DNA from: Octopus vulgaris
Taxonomy: Eukaryota
Direction: 5' to 3'
Assembly: GCA_951406725.2 (NCBI GenBank)
Contig: OX597819.1
Span: forward strand, 134,788,001 to 134,852,000
Length of the DNA: 64,000 nucleotides
Part shown: positions 61,985 through 64,000 of the stretch, piece after piece
How positions within the stretch are numbered: position 1 is the stretch's first letter
Layout of the letters: each line of letters opens with the position of its first letter
The notes under the pieces: model-generated
What the model saw: the letters and a program-made list of their open reading frames with translations, nothing else
The model's database searches: none
What the model was told of the DNA's origin: nothing
Program-made: the position numbers and the translations under genes

Positions 61985-64000
61985 CAAAAGTCCCGTGACA
62001 TTCATTACAAAAGTCCCGTGACATTCATTACAAAAGTCTCGTGACATTCATTACAAAAGTCCCGTGACATTCATTACAAAAGTCCCGTGACATTCATTAC
62101 AAAAGTCTCGTGACATTCATTACAAAAGTCCCGTGACATTCATTACAAAAGTCCCGTGACATTCATTACAAAAGTCTCGTGACATTCATTACAAAAGTCC
62201 TGTTACATTCATTACAAAAGTCCCGTGACATTCATTACAAAAGTCCTGACATTCATTACAAAAGTCCTGTTACATTCATTACAAAAGTCCTGTTACATTC
62301 ATTACAAAAGTCCTGTTACATTCATTACAAAAGTCCCGTTACATTCATTACAAAAGTCCTGTTACATTCATTACAAAAGTCTCGTGACATTCATTACAAA
62401 AGTCCTGTGACATTCATTACAAAAGTCCCGTGACATTCATTACAAAAGTCCCGTGACATTCATTACAAAAGTCCTGTTACATTCATTACAAAAGTCCCGT
62501 TACATTCATTACAAAAGTCCCGTGACATTCATTACAAAAGTCCCGTTACATTCATTACAAAAGTCCCGTGACATTCATTACAAAAGTCCTGTTACATTCA
62601 TTACAAAAGTCCTGTTACATTCATTACAAAAGTCCTGTTACATTCATTACAAAAGTCCTGTTACATTCATTACAAAAGTCCCGTTACATTCATTACAAAA
62701 GTCCCGTTACATTCATTACAAAAGTCCCGTGACATTCATTACAAAAGTCGCGTTACATTCATTACAAAAGTCCCGTTACATTCATTACAAAAGTCCCGTT
62801 ACATTCATTACAAAAGTCCCGTTACATTCATTACAAAAGTCCCGTTACATTCATTACAAAAGTCCCGTTACATTCATTACAAAAGTCCCGTTACATTCAT
62901 TACAAAAGTCCCGTTACATTCATTACAAAAGTCCCGTTACATTCATTACAAAAGTCCCGTTACATTCATTACAAAAGTCCCGTTACATTCATTACAAAAG
63001 TCCCGTTACATTCATTACAAAAGTCCCGTTACATTCATTACAAAAGTCCCGTTACATTCATTACAAAAGTCCCGTTACATTCATTACAAAAGTCCCGTTA
63101 CATTCATTACAAAAGTCCCGTTACATTCATTACAAAAGTCCCGTTACATTCATTACAAAAGTCCCGTTACATTCATTACAAAAGTCCCGTTACATTCATT
63201 ACAAAAGTCCCGTTACATTCATTACAAAAGTCCTGTTACATTCATTACAAAAGTCCTGTTACATTCATTACAAAAGTCCCGTGACATTCATTACAAAAGT
63301 CCCGTGACATTCATTACAAAAGTCCCGTTACATTCATTACAAAAGTCCTGTTACATTCATTACAAAGTCCCGTTACATTCATTACAAAAGTCCTGTTACA
63401 TTCATTACAAAAGTCCCGTTACATTCATTACAAAAGTCCCGTTACATTCATTACAAAAGTCCCGTTACATTCATTACAAAAGTCCCGTGACAATCATTAC
63501 AAAAGTCCCGTTACATTCATTACAAAAGTCTCGTTACATTCATTACAAAAGTCCTGTTACATTCATTACAAATTCCCGTGACATTCATTACAAAAGTCCT
63601 GTTACATTCATTACAAAAGTCCTGTTACATCCATTACAAAAGTCCTGTTACATCCATTACAAAAGTCCTGTTACATCCATTACAAAAGGCCCGTTACATT
63701 CATTACAAAAGTCCCGTTACATTCATTACAAAAGTCCCGTGACATTCATTACAAAAGTCCCGTGACATTCATTACAAAAGTCCTGTTACATTCATTACAA
63801 AAGTCCCGTGACATTCATTACAAAAGTCCCTTGACATTCATTACAAAAGTCCCGTGACATTCATTACAAAAGTCCCGTTACATTCATTACAAAAGTCCCG
63901 TTACATTCATTACAAAAGTCCCGTGACATTCATTACAAAAGTCCCGTTACATTCATTACAAAAGTCCTGTTACATTCATTACAAAGTCCCGTTACATTCA
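61985..64000. repeat. 23-bp minisatellite, about 87 units, runs off the window end
   Basis: Unit CAAAAGTCC(C/T)GT(T/G)ACATTCATTA with no spacers. Confidence 0.98.

Noticed and set aside
61985-64000. CRISPR array, or repeat protein / mucin tandem-repeat exon (ORFs 62179-63765)
   Set aside because: No unique spacers. The 23-aa periodic ORFs are a by-product of a 23-bp unit cycling through frames, are not PTS-rich, and lie after the TM exon.

Overview
This is AT-rich, repeat-dense animal DNA, not prokaryotic. The SINE/RTE repertoire looks like an octopus (coleoid cephalopod) genome, which is an inference. The window lies inside one + strand gene whose start and stop are both outside it. I traced 15 coding exons (3247-61773, about 1.99 kb, about 664 aa) by splice sites and reading phase. 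They encode the C-terminal part of a MUC4 / invertebrate 'mucin-like protein' type membrane glycoprotein: vWD end, NxPP beta-domain, four EGF/cbEGF modules, SEA-like domain, three EGF/cbEGF modules and a transmembrane helix. Notable points in the gene: (i) a furin-type RTKR site, split by an intron, where SEA domains usually carry GSVVV; (ii) a GC-AG intron; (iii) a 1-nt phase conflict between exons 4 and 5 next to an A7 run. The introns are filled with decayed mobile DNA: RTE, CR1-like, R4/Dong-like and Penelope retroelements, a gypsy remnant, four mariners, an internally deleted Helitron, several MITEs (one with a telomere-like core, in a 3-level nest), tRNA-derived SINEs, microsatellites and a 23-bp minisatellite of more than 2 kb. 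There are also about 7 Penelope-type hammerhead ribozyme motifs and several long inverted repeats that could form dsRNA. All calls are by eye; repeat boundaries are approximate and no database search was run.
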